Assembly: GCA_900088475.1 (NCBI GenBank)
Contig: FLMG01000132.1
Span: 1-39,544, forward strand
Length of the DNA: 39,544 bases
Direction of reading: 5' to 3'
Source: Hyphochytrium catenoides
Lineage: Eukaryota > Protista > Hyphochytriomycota
The notes beneath the pieces were generated by a model. The model worked only from the letters and a program-made list of their open reading frames with translations. It did no database searches and was not told the origin of the DNA. This document shows, piece after piece, positions 23,401 through 33,218 of the stretch. The translations under genes and the position numbers were made by a program. Positions within the stretch are counted from its first letter, which is position 1. Each line of letters begins with the position of its first letter.

Positions 23401-26400
23401 GCAGCGTAGCGTCCGCCCAGATGGATGGCCATCTTCTCCAGAGCCAGTAGCCCAGGAAGAGAAGAGAGATCATCCACTAATCGGAGAGAGAGAGAGCTAT
23501 CTCTCTCTTGTTTACTCTCTCCTCCTCGGTCTCCTCTTTCTCGACCGCTGGAGCGCTCCGTGTCCGTAAGGAACTCTCTCTCTTGAAGAAGTTGCGCCTG
23601 GTCTCTCTCTCTTACGGAAGAGAGAAGAGAGTTGACCTTGTCTAGAGCAGAAATGAGATTCATCAGGGGAGAGAAGAGCTTCTCTGCCATTAGCACTCGG
23701 TTAGAGAGAGGAATAAGGAGAGAGAGAGAGACAAGCATGAGTCTCCCCAACTCACTGTCTCTTAGGTTGGTACAGGCAAGAAGAAACGTGTCTTCCTCAG
23801 TGCTTTGGCCCACCTTGCCTTCCTCTTTCTCTTTCTTCTCTCCATCTTTTTCTCTCTCTCTCTCCTCCAAGAGTCTCTCCAAGAGAGAGACATACTTCTC
23901 GAAGAGTGCAACCGTGAAAGAGTTGAGCACCTGCCAAGAAGAGGGACACTTGTTTACCACTGCTTTCTCTCTCATCAATGCCTTTCTAACTCCTGTCACA
24001 GCTCCGACATGGTGACGAAGAGAGAGAGCTTCTGTCAAGTCTTCTCCCCCTCGAGAGAGAGAGAGACGACTGTTTCTCGCCAAGGGAGAGACTGGAGCTT
24101 TCAAAAGATCTTCCATTCCTTGTGTAAGGCTCCAGGTCTCCTGTCCCGCGGCAATGCCTACGAACTTGAGAAGAGAGAGAAGGAGCTCCAAATTGCTCGA
24201 GGTGGAAGACGTTGGGGAGAGAGAAAGAGAAAGAGACGAAGCTGTCTTTTGCGATGCACCGTCTTCTGTTCGAAGAGTGCGAGAAGAGAGAGACGGACCG
24301 GAAAGAGAAGAGAAAGAGAGATCTGAGAGAAGAACCTCTAATTGGTTGAGCATCATCCCCTGAAGAGAAGAGAAAGGCATCATGGGAGAGAAAGGTACCT
24401 CTCCCACTTTCTGGCAGTTCTCTTGGAAGAACTGCGCGGGTCCAATGCCTGAGAGAGAGAGAAAAGAGGAGAGACGAGAGAGAAAGGGTTGGAAGAGAAA
24501 CTGCGCCACCACGGGATGAAAGACGGCATGAGAGTCAGGAAAGGTCCCGTTGCCTGCCCAAAAGTCTTTGAGAGAAAGAAAAGTGTCTCCTTCTAGAGTT
24601 CCTTGACCGTCAGGGGGAGAGGGAAAAGAAGAGAGAGAGACATTTTCTCTCTCTTTCTCCTCTTTTCGAGAAGGATAGCTCCGTAGGACGGCATAATAGA
24701 GATCTTCCCTCACTTTTGGGAAGGGAAAGAAGAGCTCAAATCCTAGCATTAGTGTCTGGACGACACTCTTTCCCAGAGATTCCATGTCTTCTCTCTCTTC
24801 TCCTCTGCCAGAGTCTCTCTCTTCCGTACCACTTCTTCTCTCTCGCAGCCTTAGCCAGTGAGGGACATTGTCCAAGAGAGAGACGAGGAGAAGAAAGACG
24901 CCTCCCAGTTGGAAGGCTATCTCTTCAACGGCGGAGGTCGTATTTGTGGAGGGAGAATGATCAGCACTGGAGAGAGAGAAAGACGAAGAGAGAGATAGAG
25001 AGGAAGACTCTTTTTTCTCTTTCTCTCTCTTTCGGCTCTGGCTCTTTGCTTGTCTCATATCTCTCCCCTGGATGTCTCTCACAGCATGAAGAACCGCGAG
25101 ACCGAGTCCTGACTTTAGCAGTTGGGCCAAGAAGCCTCGAAGGAGATGCAGACAGCTAAGAATGGCATAGAGAAGCGGCTTGGAAGAGGAGGAAGAGCAA
25201 GAGATTTTAGGAAGAGAGAGACCGGGAGGAGAGGTGAGAGAGGAAGAGAAAGTCTCTTCTTCTCTTTCCTGGAGTTGCTTGATGAGAGAGGCGAGAAGAG
25301 AAGAAAGTTTCATTAGACAACCGCCCGATATTTCTACACAGAAAAGCTTCTTGGTCTGGTGGGCGTCTTGATAGAGGAGAGAGAAGGCGCTCCCTCCCTC
25401 TCCTGCGGCCTTCTTCTCTCTCTTCTTCACAGACTTTAGCGGTATTATGGGAGGATATTCTTCTTCTTCTTGCTCTTCAGGAAGAAATGGTGTCACAAGC
25501 CGGCCCAGGTGAGAGAGAAAAAGAAGAGAGAGATCAAGTGCGGGACGATCTTTGTCTCTCTCATCTTTCTTCCCTCCTCCCCCTTCTCTCTCTTCCGCTC
25601 CCACTACTCTTTGCATTTCTTTGGACAACCAGAGAGGAGAGAACTTGGCTTCCTCTCTGTCTCTTCCGGAAGCAGCGGAGGAGAAGAGAGAGAGAGAGGA
25701 CTCCACTCTGGCTCCAGTGAGGATAAGACTATGATAAAACCCTGCGGCCACCTGCCCCACAGTCTTCCCTATAAAGCTATCCACGAGGAAAGGCTCATTT
25801 CTCTCTTCCGTGTCTCCTGTCCCGAGCTGCCCGTGGTTGTTTCTCCCAAAAAGATACACCGCGCCGTTGGTAGTTACGGCCAAGGAATGGTAACAACCAG
25901 CAGCGATCGACTGTACCTCTTTGCCCTCTAAGCCTAAGATTGCCTGTGGAGAATGGACTCTCGCATTGAAATTGCCCAGCCCGAGCTGCCCATAATCGTT
26001 TCTCCCACAGCCGTAAACGTGGGTGATTGGGTGCCGGGAGTTTTTCTTCTGCGGAGAAGAGAGAGAGCGAGAAGGGAGACTTCTCTCTCCTCCTCTCTCT
26101 TCCGCGAGAATGAGAGTGTGATAATAGCCACAAGAGACCTTTCGGCAGTGGAGAGACGTGGTGCTAGGTCTCTCTCTTTCTCTCTCTCTCTCTCTCCCCT
26201 GCGGATCAGCAGGAGAACGCGGCGTACGGGAAGAGAAACTAGAGAGAGAGACAAGCTGCGGTCTCCTCACGGGCTCCAGAGCTTCATTCCCCAGCTGTCC
26301 ATAGTCATTCTTCCCACAGGAGAAAAGTTGTCCATCTTCTGAGAGAAAGACAGAGTGATACTGCCCACACGAAACATCCACAATCTTGGTGCGAGAGAGA

Positions 26401-27027
26401 GAGAGATGCTCCACTTTCTGCGGTGTCTTTCTGTCCAGATTGTCTCCATGTCCCAGCTGTCCAAAGTCATTTCTCCCAAAAGTGAAAGTCTCTCCTATGT
26501 CCGTCACGGCCGCGCTGTGATAATAAGAGCAAGAGACAGAGACAACTCTTTTGCTTTCCAAACTTTTCAGGAGACGGGGAGACGTCTCCATCGTGGTTGT
26601 CCCGTGTCCGAGCTGTCCTCTATAGTTATAACCGCAGCTGTAGAGCTTTCCCTCGGAAGAGAGAAAGAGAGAGTGTTCACATCCATTGTACGCGTGGATC
26701 TGCGAGACAGAGACGCCTTTTAACCCGTCTAACGCTGTCATTTGAGAGACTTTTCCTGTGTGTCCGACGCCGCATTGGCCGTTGTCATTGTAACCGACAG
26801 CGTAGACAGAGCCGTCACGAGAGAGAATGAGAGTGTGCTCATTGCCAGCGNNNNNNNNNNNNNNNNNNNNNNNNAGAGAGAGAGAGAGAGAAAGAGAGAG
26901 AGAGTGAGAGAGAGAGAGATTGAGTGAGTGTGAGTGTCCGCTTGTGTGAGAGTTTTTAGATGGGGTTGGGACGGAGAGACTGAGAGAGTGGATGTGTTTG
27001 CCATATGGGAGTTTTTTAGGGGGAAGA

Positions 27028-27064
<37 letters not shown>

Positions 27065-27379
27065 TTGTGGGGGAGAGACCCAAATGAGACTTAGGTAAGA
27101 AGCGAGTGCCGTATCGCGTGGCGGAGTTGGTTAAGAAAAGGGGAGAGAGGAAAAAGAGAGACACTGTCTGTCTGCGTGAGCTAGTGCAATAAAGAGAGAG
27201 AGTGAAAAGAGAGAGAGAGAGATGGCTTCTATGGGGGGAATAGAGGAGAGCGAAAAAGAGAACAGAAACTGAGTGCCCATGTGTGTGGAGGAGAGAGAAG
27301 GGGGGAGAGAGCGGACCAGGAAAAGCCAGCTGGAATCACAAANNNNNNNNNNNNNNNNNNNNNNNNNNNNNNNNNNNNN

Positions 27380-27423
<44 letters not shown>

Positions 27424-27765
27424 AAGAGAGAGAAAGAGAGGGAGATCGGGATGACTGAGCTTGTCAGGCTCACTATCGGAGAAAGAAGAGAGGGAAGGGC
27501 AGGGCAGTACTAATGGCATCCGAGAGATAAAGAGAAGATCAATAGGTTATGCTAGGAAGAAGAGAAAAAAGGCAAGGAGGAGGAGAGACAGATCAGTGGG
27601 AAGAGAGACGATAGACAGGAGAGAAATGGACAGACGGAAGAGAGAAGTAGAAGAGATTAATGTGAGAAAGAAAGAAAGTAGGTAAATAAGAGAGGGGCCC
27701 GGAAAGGGAGAGAAAGGGGCGAAAGAGAGACTGAAGGGAGAGACAAGAGCACACCTAGAGACTAG

Positions 27766-27805
<40 letters not shown>

Positions 27806-28388
27806 AGAGTAGAGCTCTAGATCTCTCTCCTCTCCTTTCTCTACCTGGACGATATCCTTTGTATGCACATCCTCAACTCGAAGTGGAATTTTCTGAGAAC
27901 TGACGGTTTGATAGCCAAGTTCTCCATAGGAATTCTGCCCGAAAGTGTATAATTCGGACTCATACTCTTCCTCGTCTCTCTTCTGATGGCCTTGAATGTC
28001 CTCAGGATGCACGCCCGCAAGCTGGGAGAGACACTCCTGAAGAGAAGAGAGGAACCTTTCTCTCTCTTCTCTCTCTCTCTCTTCCTGCTCTCTCTTGATA
28101 TTGTCTGGGGTGACGACGTTGTTTTTCTTGAGAGGTTGCTGCACGCCTTCTGTTGGTCCTCCTACCCCCTGTACCAGCAGAGAGAAGAAAGCAAGTTCCA
28201 AAGAGGAACGGAGAGAGAGAGAGACAGAGAGACAGAGAGAGAGAGAGAAGGGGGGGGGGAGATGTTAATACCAATTAAATGAAGATGGTGCACATAATGA
28301 GAAATGATAGCGATTATGGAATATAAAGCCCGTCGTCACAAGTCTGTGAGGGAGAGAGAAAGAGAGGGAGAGAGAGAGAGAGAGAGGA

Positions 28389-28421
<33 letters not shown>

Positions 28422-31335
28422 GAGACAGAGAGAGAAAGGAACAGTGAAATGAAGAGAAGCGAGATAAAGAAAGAGAGAAAAAAGAAAGCGGGGAGATGCA
28501 GAAACACAGATGAACCGCAGAAAGAGAGGGAGTAGGAAGAATATGCGCTCGGGCATAAAGCAGAAGTACGAGGGGGAGAAAGAAGAAGGAGAAGAGAGGA
28601 CAGAGAGAGAGAGAGAACTTCAGAAAGAGAGAATCATCGAGTTATGAAGAAGGAAGTGAAGGTTAGAGAGTCGACTTGTAAAACAGAAATAGAGTCCAGG
28701 GAAGAAGCTGCCTTTTTCTGTCTCTTGCTCTTGCCCTCTTTCTCTCCCTCTCTCTTATCCCGCTTTCTCTCTCTCGTTCTCTCTCTTTTTCTCTTTCTTT
28801 CTCTCTGTCTTACCTTCAGAGGTGCTAAGATAGTCCGGGAAGGAGAAACCATCGCTGGCTGTCGCGCCGGATCGTCTTCCTCCTCAAGAGAGAGACCAAG
28901 AGAGAGAGACTCTCCCTCTACCGCCCAAGATACCTCCATCATCGTCTCTACAGAGGTACCGCCGCCTTGTTCTGCCTGGCGAGAGAGAGAGAGAGAGTCC
29001 ACCAAGAGAGTCTTTCTCGCCATAGAAGCTTTCTTCATTGGACTCTTTCCTCTCCATTTGTTGCTCTGGCTTGGTAAGATCAGAGCCTCTTGCCTAGGAG
29101 AGAAGAGAGAACTCCCTGTCTCTCTCTCTCTCTCCTGGCTATTCTTTCTCTCCAACAATTTTCCGGCTTGATGCTGCTGAGAAGACAAATCAGTGGTGAG
29201 AGAGAGAGGCGAAGAGAGAGAACGAGGAGAGAGGGGAGAAGAGAGAGAAGGAGAAGGGAGAGAAGAAGAGAGAGAGACTTGTGCCTCGGTTCCCTTTTTG
29301 CAGTTCTGCTCCAATTCGGCAAGCAGCTGTACTCCCGCTAATAAATCATGGACAGAGCCTCTGGCCAGCCCCAAGCGCAAAAGAGAGAGAGAGACAAGCC
29401 ACATTGTACGGAGAGAAACCTTTTTGCCTCTTTCTCTCTCTCTCCCTTGGTGGGCAAAGCTCCATAGAAGGTTTCTAACAGAGTCGAGGATAGAATTAGG
29501 AGAGAGAGAAGATGCTTCAGAAGCAGGAGAGAGAGCAGCGACTCTCTCCTGAAGGTACTGGGAGGAGAGAGACATGAAAGAAAGGAGAGAGAGAGACTCT
29601 GCCAGTGCTTCAATGAGTTCTGCCTTGCTGTTGGTCGTGTCTCCTCTCTCTTTCTCTCTCTCTCTCCCTTCATTCTGCAGATCCTCCAGCAGTATCTCTA
29701 GAGTCCCCAGGACGAGAGAGAGAGAAGGATGAAGAGAAGACACCGTAGCGCTAGCATTGGACCTGTGTAGCCCGAAGAGAGACAGTCGTCGGAAAGAAAA
29801 GATAGGATAGGAATGCACATAAAGTGAGAGGGAGAGAAAAAGAAAGAGGAGAAGTGGGAAAATAGAGACACAGAGAGAGAGAGAGAGAGTGCAGGGAAAA
29901 GGCAGCGAGAGACAGAGGAGGAGAGAGAGACAGCGAGGGAGGAAGTGGGAGAAACAGAGAATGAGGGGGCAGGGGAGGGAAGAGAGAGGGAGAGACAGAA
30001 AGAGAAGGAGAGAGGAGAGAGAAAGAGGGCGAAAGAAAAAAAATGAGAAAGAGTGAGGGGGAGAGAGAGGGAGGACGGAGAGTCCGAGTTAGACGCGTTA
30101 TAGAGTTGCAACAAGCGGAGAAAGAAAGACGATGAGAAATGGCCCCCAATGCTGACATCCAGGACTAAGAGAGAGGGGAGGGAGAGAGAGGAGTAAGAGT
30201 CAGACAGAGAGACAGAGAGAGAGAAAGAGAGTGAGACAGAGAGAGAGAGAGAAGGGGGAGGTCGACATAGGAGTGCCAGATGAAGCAGGAAGTGAAGGCA
30301 GCTGTTTCTTTCAGAGCGGGTAGAGTTTACTTGATGAAGGGACCAGCTTACATGGACAGACAAAAGCAGATAAGCAAAGAGAAAGATGGAGAGAGAGAGA
30401 AGAAAGCTATGGGAGAGAGATGAGAAGGGAGAGAAATGAGAGGAGAGAGAGAGAGAGAAGGAGAGCGAGAGACCACGGAGACCCCAGATAGGATGAAAGA
30501 CAGTGGATCGAATACTACGAATCAGAAAGCTAAGAAAGACAGGGTGTATGAGAAAGACAGGTGAAAGAGAGACACAAGAGAGAGCGGAATGAGAGAGAGA
30601 GACAAAGTGAGGTGGAGAGAGCGATCGGAGAGCAGGAGAAGCAGGAAGTACAGAGGAGAGAAAGAGGGAGAGAGATGAGAGAGGGCAATAAAGAGAGGAA
30701 GAGAGGAGAACGGAGAGGAGAACAAAAGGAGAAAGAGAAGGGGAGAGAGAAAGACAGAGAGAGAGGGAGAGACGCAGCAAGAAGGCAACTGCCTTTTACC
30801 TTGGCGCTTTCTGCTCGCGCATCAGCTCCACCGCTAGCTCTGCGCTTCTCTTCCACTGCCGCACTGTCACGTTCTGAATACACCGAAGAATGTGCGTCTG
30901 CTGCTCCAGCAGGAGAGAGAAAGAGTCTGGCGGCGCGTTGAGTCTCTTCTGAAGCTCCAGATGCGTCTGAGAGAGCTTCAAATGCAGCGCGCGCCATCTG
31001 TCAATATTCCCTAAGGAGCCCACGGTATCCACTGTGTCCTCATCTAATCGTAACGCTGTCTTCTGCCCCTGACCAGCGTGATAATGGTGTCTGCTCTCAG
31101 CCCCGCGTGCCCAGAAGCCCTTGCGAAGGAAGTCTGGGTCATAGATATCGCAGAGAGAGACCTGGAGAAAAGAGACGGCAGAAACAAACCCGTTGAGGGC
31201 CGCGGCGAAATTGAGACAATGAAGTTAATGAAGGTTAGCAGTGGCAAGAGAGAGGAATCCCATTACCTTGTGCCATAGATGGTCCTGTCTCTCGCTGAGC
31301 CGCAGCTCCCGTCTGCGGCTCTCGACATTCCCCAT
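8394..31335 (-). CDS. Giant HERC-like HECT E3 ubiquitin ligase (RCC1-LamG-UBA-FN3-SPRY-HECT), at least 17 exons, ~4,800-4,900 aa
   Basis: Reconstructed exons (minus): 31335-31267, 31161-30800, 29762-28814, 28168-27845, gap/26850-20496, 20015-18746, 18409-~17425, 16925-16843, 16076-15724, gap/15366-15064, 14625-14054, 13459-13245, 12905-12112, 11568-10742, 9987-9709, 9449-9010, gap/8744-8394(TAA). Resolved junctions are GT-AG and phase-compatible; junctions near 17.4 kb and 14.0-13.5 kb are unresolved, probably because of gaps. Confidence 0.9.
8440..10990 (-). other. HECT catalytic domain of the giant ligase
   Basis: FRVKFEGEGVDDYGGPYRESF, LPLLMPSPN, FLGRILGIAIR, LTWQELELKVCG, FLRFVWARSRLP, LPQAHTCFFSLSLPRYSS (catalytic Cys codon 8541-8543), YAIKNCLEMDADF. 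Confidence 0.95.
12715..13440 (-). other. SPRY domain of the giant ligase (split over two exons)
   Basis: WCTVLG...RWEVRVE...LVGVA...FLGGDEKGWGYIGDKALYHK|RNKVKQYGEKILPGDIIGVSLDLAAGTLSFSRNGTNLGVAFDNLSGDFYPAFS; the first half (13459-13245) is missing from the ORF track. Confidence 0.9.
14095..14350 (-). other. Fibronectin type III-like domain of the giant ligase
   Basis: TVTLSW...YTLEV...YVGESQSVSLSDLLLGRTYCCRLTA matches the FN3 W..Y..Y.G....L..G..Y..R..A pattern. Confidence 0.7.
17562..17681 (-). other. UBA domain of the giant ligase
   Basis: ADPELIEHLKSLGFPEEWCLAALKETENDLEAASSWILDN (L.SLGF....AL......A..W+L). Confidence 0.9.
20530..20985 (-). other. LamG/concanavalin-A-like domain of the giant ligase
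   Basis: PFSLSFWL...IL..G...WTHIVL......LYVNGQ...G.IADLRV.ER.LTAEE pattern. Confidence 0.75.
25720..27955 (-). other. RCC1-like beta-propeller (about 7 blades) of the giant ligase
   Basis: Repeated G.N.YGQLG.G and (A/C)G..H(S/T) motifs: FGQNSYGELG, GYNDNGQCG, GYNYRGQLG, GRNDFGQLG, GKNDYGQLG, GRNDYGQLG, GRNNHGQLG. Confidence 0.95.
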
Positions 31336-31509
31336 CTGCAGGTGCAAGCAGAGAGTGTTACCACCTTAAAGCCCTGCTACCGAAGAAGCGCAGCGATCTT
31401 GAGCAATTGGAGTTGATTACTCTGCACGTCCGTGCTGATGGCGCATGCTGTCTGCAATCCCATCTCATCGTGACTCCAATGACCACTAGTGTCACCAACT
31501 TAGGGCTGT

Positions 31510-32005
31510 TTGTGCGTTAAGACAGCTGTATGGCATGCGAGCCTTGGTATGACATGCGAGTCTTGGCACAGGGCTACCTTATCCCTCCATATCTGGCGAC
31601 ACATTGCCCTCGAAAAATGGCCACAGCTTCAAGGTCGCCAATGCGCGATCTCCGTCTGCATCTGCATCTGGAGATCATCGCGAAAACAGATTTTCGGCAT
31701 CCCTTCAACACCGCTTAGGCCGTTTCGGGGGTGAAGTGAAGGTCTTTAAGAAAATTGAGAACCAGTCGCTCTAGTCTATGAATTGGATGGTGGCAGTAGC
31801 TTAAAGCCTTTCGTCAGCCGTGATTACCTATTTTGGGATAACTATAGTTGTGGTTTTTCGTGGTGGGTCTTTAAGGTTTGTATAATACCGTGAGGGGCCA
31901 TGAGTGTGAGAATTCTTAAAGGTCCATAATGGGTTAGAATCTGGTGATCTTTCTGTGTGTGTCTCTTCTCTCTCTTCTCCTTTGTGCTCTCTCTTCCTCT
32001 TTCTT

Positions 32006-32077
<72 letters not shown>

Positions 32078-32433
32078 TCAAAAAAAAATCTGTCATTAAC
32101 CTCTCTCTGTTTTCGTACAGTTAGCACGACCAAGCAAGAGGAAAGAGTGCGCGACCTGAGATGAAGAGAGACTGGAGCTCTGTTGGTTCGAAGTAGAGAG
32201 CGAGAGCTTTCCGGACAAAGATAGTCTTCGAGGCAAAGAGAGGTAGACATAGAACTTGCCATACATAGCCGGTCGTAAGGTGACACACCGAAGGAAAGAG
32301 AAAGAGAAAGCAGGAGAGAAGGGAAAATAAAGGCGAGAGAGAGAAAAGAAAGTCATAGAGACGAGCGACGGCGAGCAAGAGAGAAAGAGAGGGCGAGAGA
32401 AAGGAGAGCGAGAGAAAGGGAGAGGGAGAGGAG

Positions 32434-32474
<41 letters not shown>

Positions 32475-32746
32475 AGAAGACAGAGAGAGAGGAAATCTTT
32501 GGACTGTTTGTCTCTTTATAAAGGAAATTGTTTTGCTCTTCTGGGCCCTATGGTTGTCCGCTGAGAAGCATGGAGTGGTGTCTCTCTCTCTCTCTTGAGA
32601 AAGAAGAGAAGCATCTAAGATCAGCAGACAGGCCCTACTATAAAATCAATGAGGAAGTGAATGTTGAGCTCGCCTGCCTTTTCACCTCTGTCTCCTTTGA
32701 TGATGAAGCTTCACACTCTGTCTCTTCTGATCCCCTGAATGTCCCT

Positions 32747-32798
<52 letters not shown>

Positions 32799-32818
32799 TC
32801 TCTCTGCTCTCTCTCTAG
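31510..32818 (+). pseudogene. Possible F-box-like gene or pseudogene with in-frame TGA
   Basis: SLGMTCESWHRATLSLHIWRHIALEKWPQL resembles the C-terminal half of an F-box. Phase-compatible segments ~31510-31633, 31766-31875, 32121-32242 (TGA at 32157-32159), 32524-~32740. Start and end are unresolved and the first intron's acceptor is weak. Confidence 0.35.
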
Positions 32819-33067
32819 AAGCTAAACTCAAACAGGAGCATCAGCAGAACAGTCTCACGCTCTCGGGAGCACTAGCAAGCCAGAAAGGAGAAAGAAGGAA
32901 GCATCACGTTAGCATGTCTTTCCCGTCCTTCCACTCGACGCGCTCTCTCTCTCTGTCTTCCTCTACATAGCGTGAGCCTTTCCCTTTCTTTATTTGAGAG
33001 ACAGAGCGGCGTGTCTTCTTGCCGTCTACCTCTCTCTTTCTCTCTGTGTCACTCTCTTTTTCTCGAC

Positions 33068-33115
<48 letters not shown>

Positions 33116-33218
33116 CTCTCCCCTGTCAGTCCAGGGCCCCTTCCCCTTCCTTCCTTCCCCCTCCCTCCCCGCTGCCCTGAGAGAAGAAGAAGAAGAATTA
33201 GACTGTTGAAGGATAGAT

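Larger units (their letters stand above)
8745..27379. other. Seven assembly gaps (N runs)
   Basis: 8745-8819, 11153-11196, 13542-13621, 15367-15402, 17328-17374, 26851-26874, 27343-27379; most abut microsatellite tracts. Confidence 1.

Noticed and set aside
20496-26850. Alternative genetic code or stop-codon reassignment
   Set aside because: Multi-kb exons are stop-free in the standard code, and genes end in TAA, TAG and TGA at expected positions.
28265-28345. Possible extra ligase exon in the non-repetitive patch of intron 28813-28169
   Set aside because: Flanking exons already join in phase 0, and the phase-0 reading after the CACAG acceptor hits TAA after 9 codons.
30530-30997. ORF MARAAFEALSDASG... 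as the ligase start
   Set aside because: It ends in phase 0 at the 30799 donor whereas the next acceptor (29763) needs phase 2; the overlapping frame (..HLKLSQTHLELQKRL..) fits both neighbouring exons.
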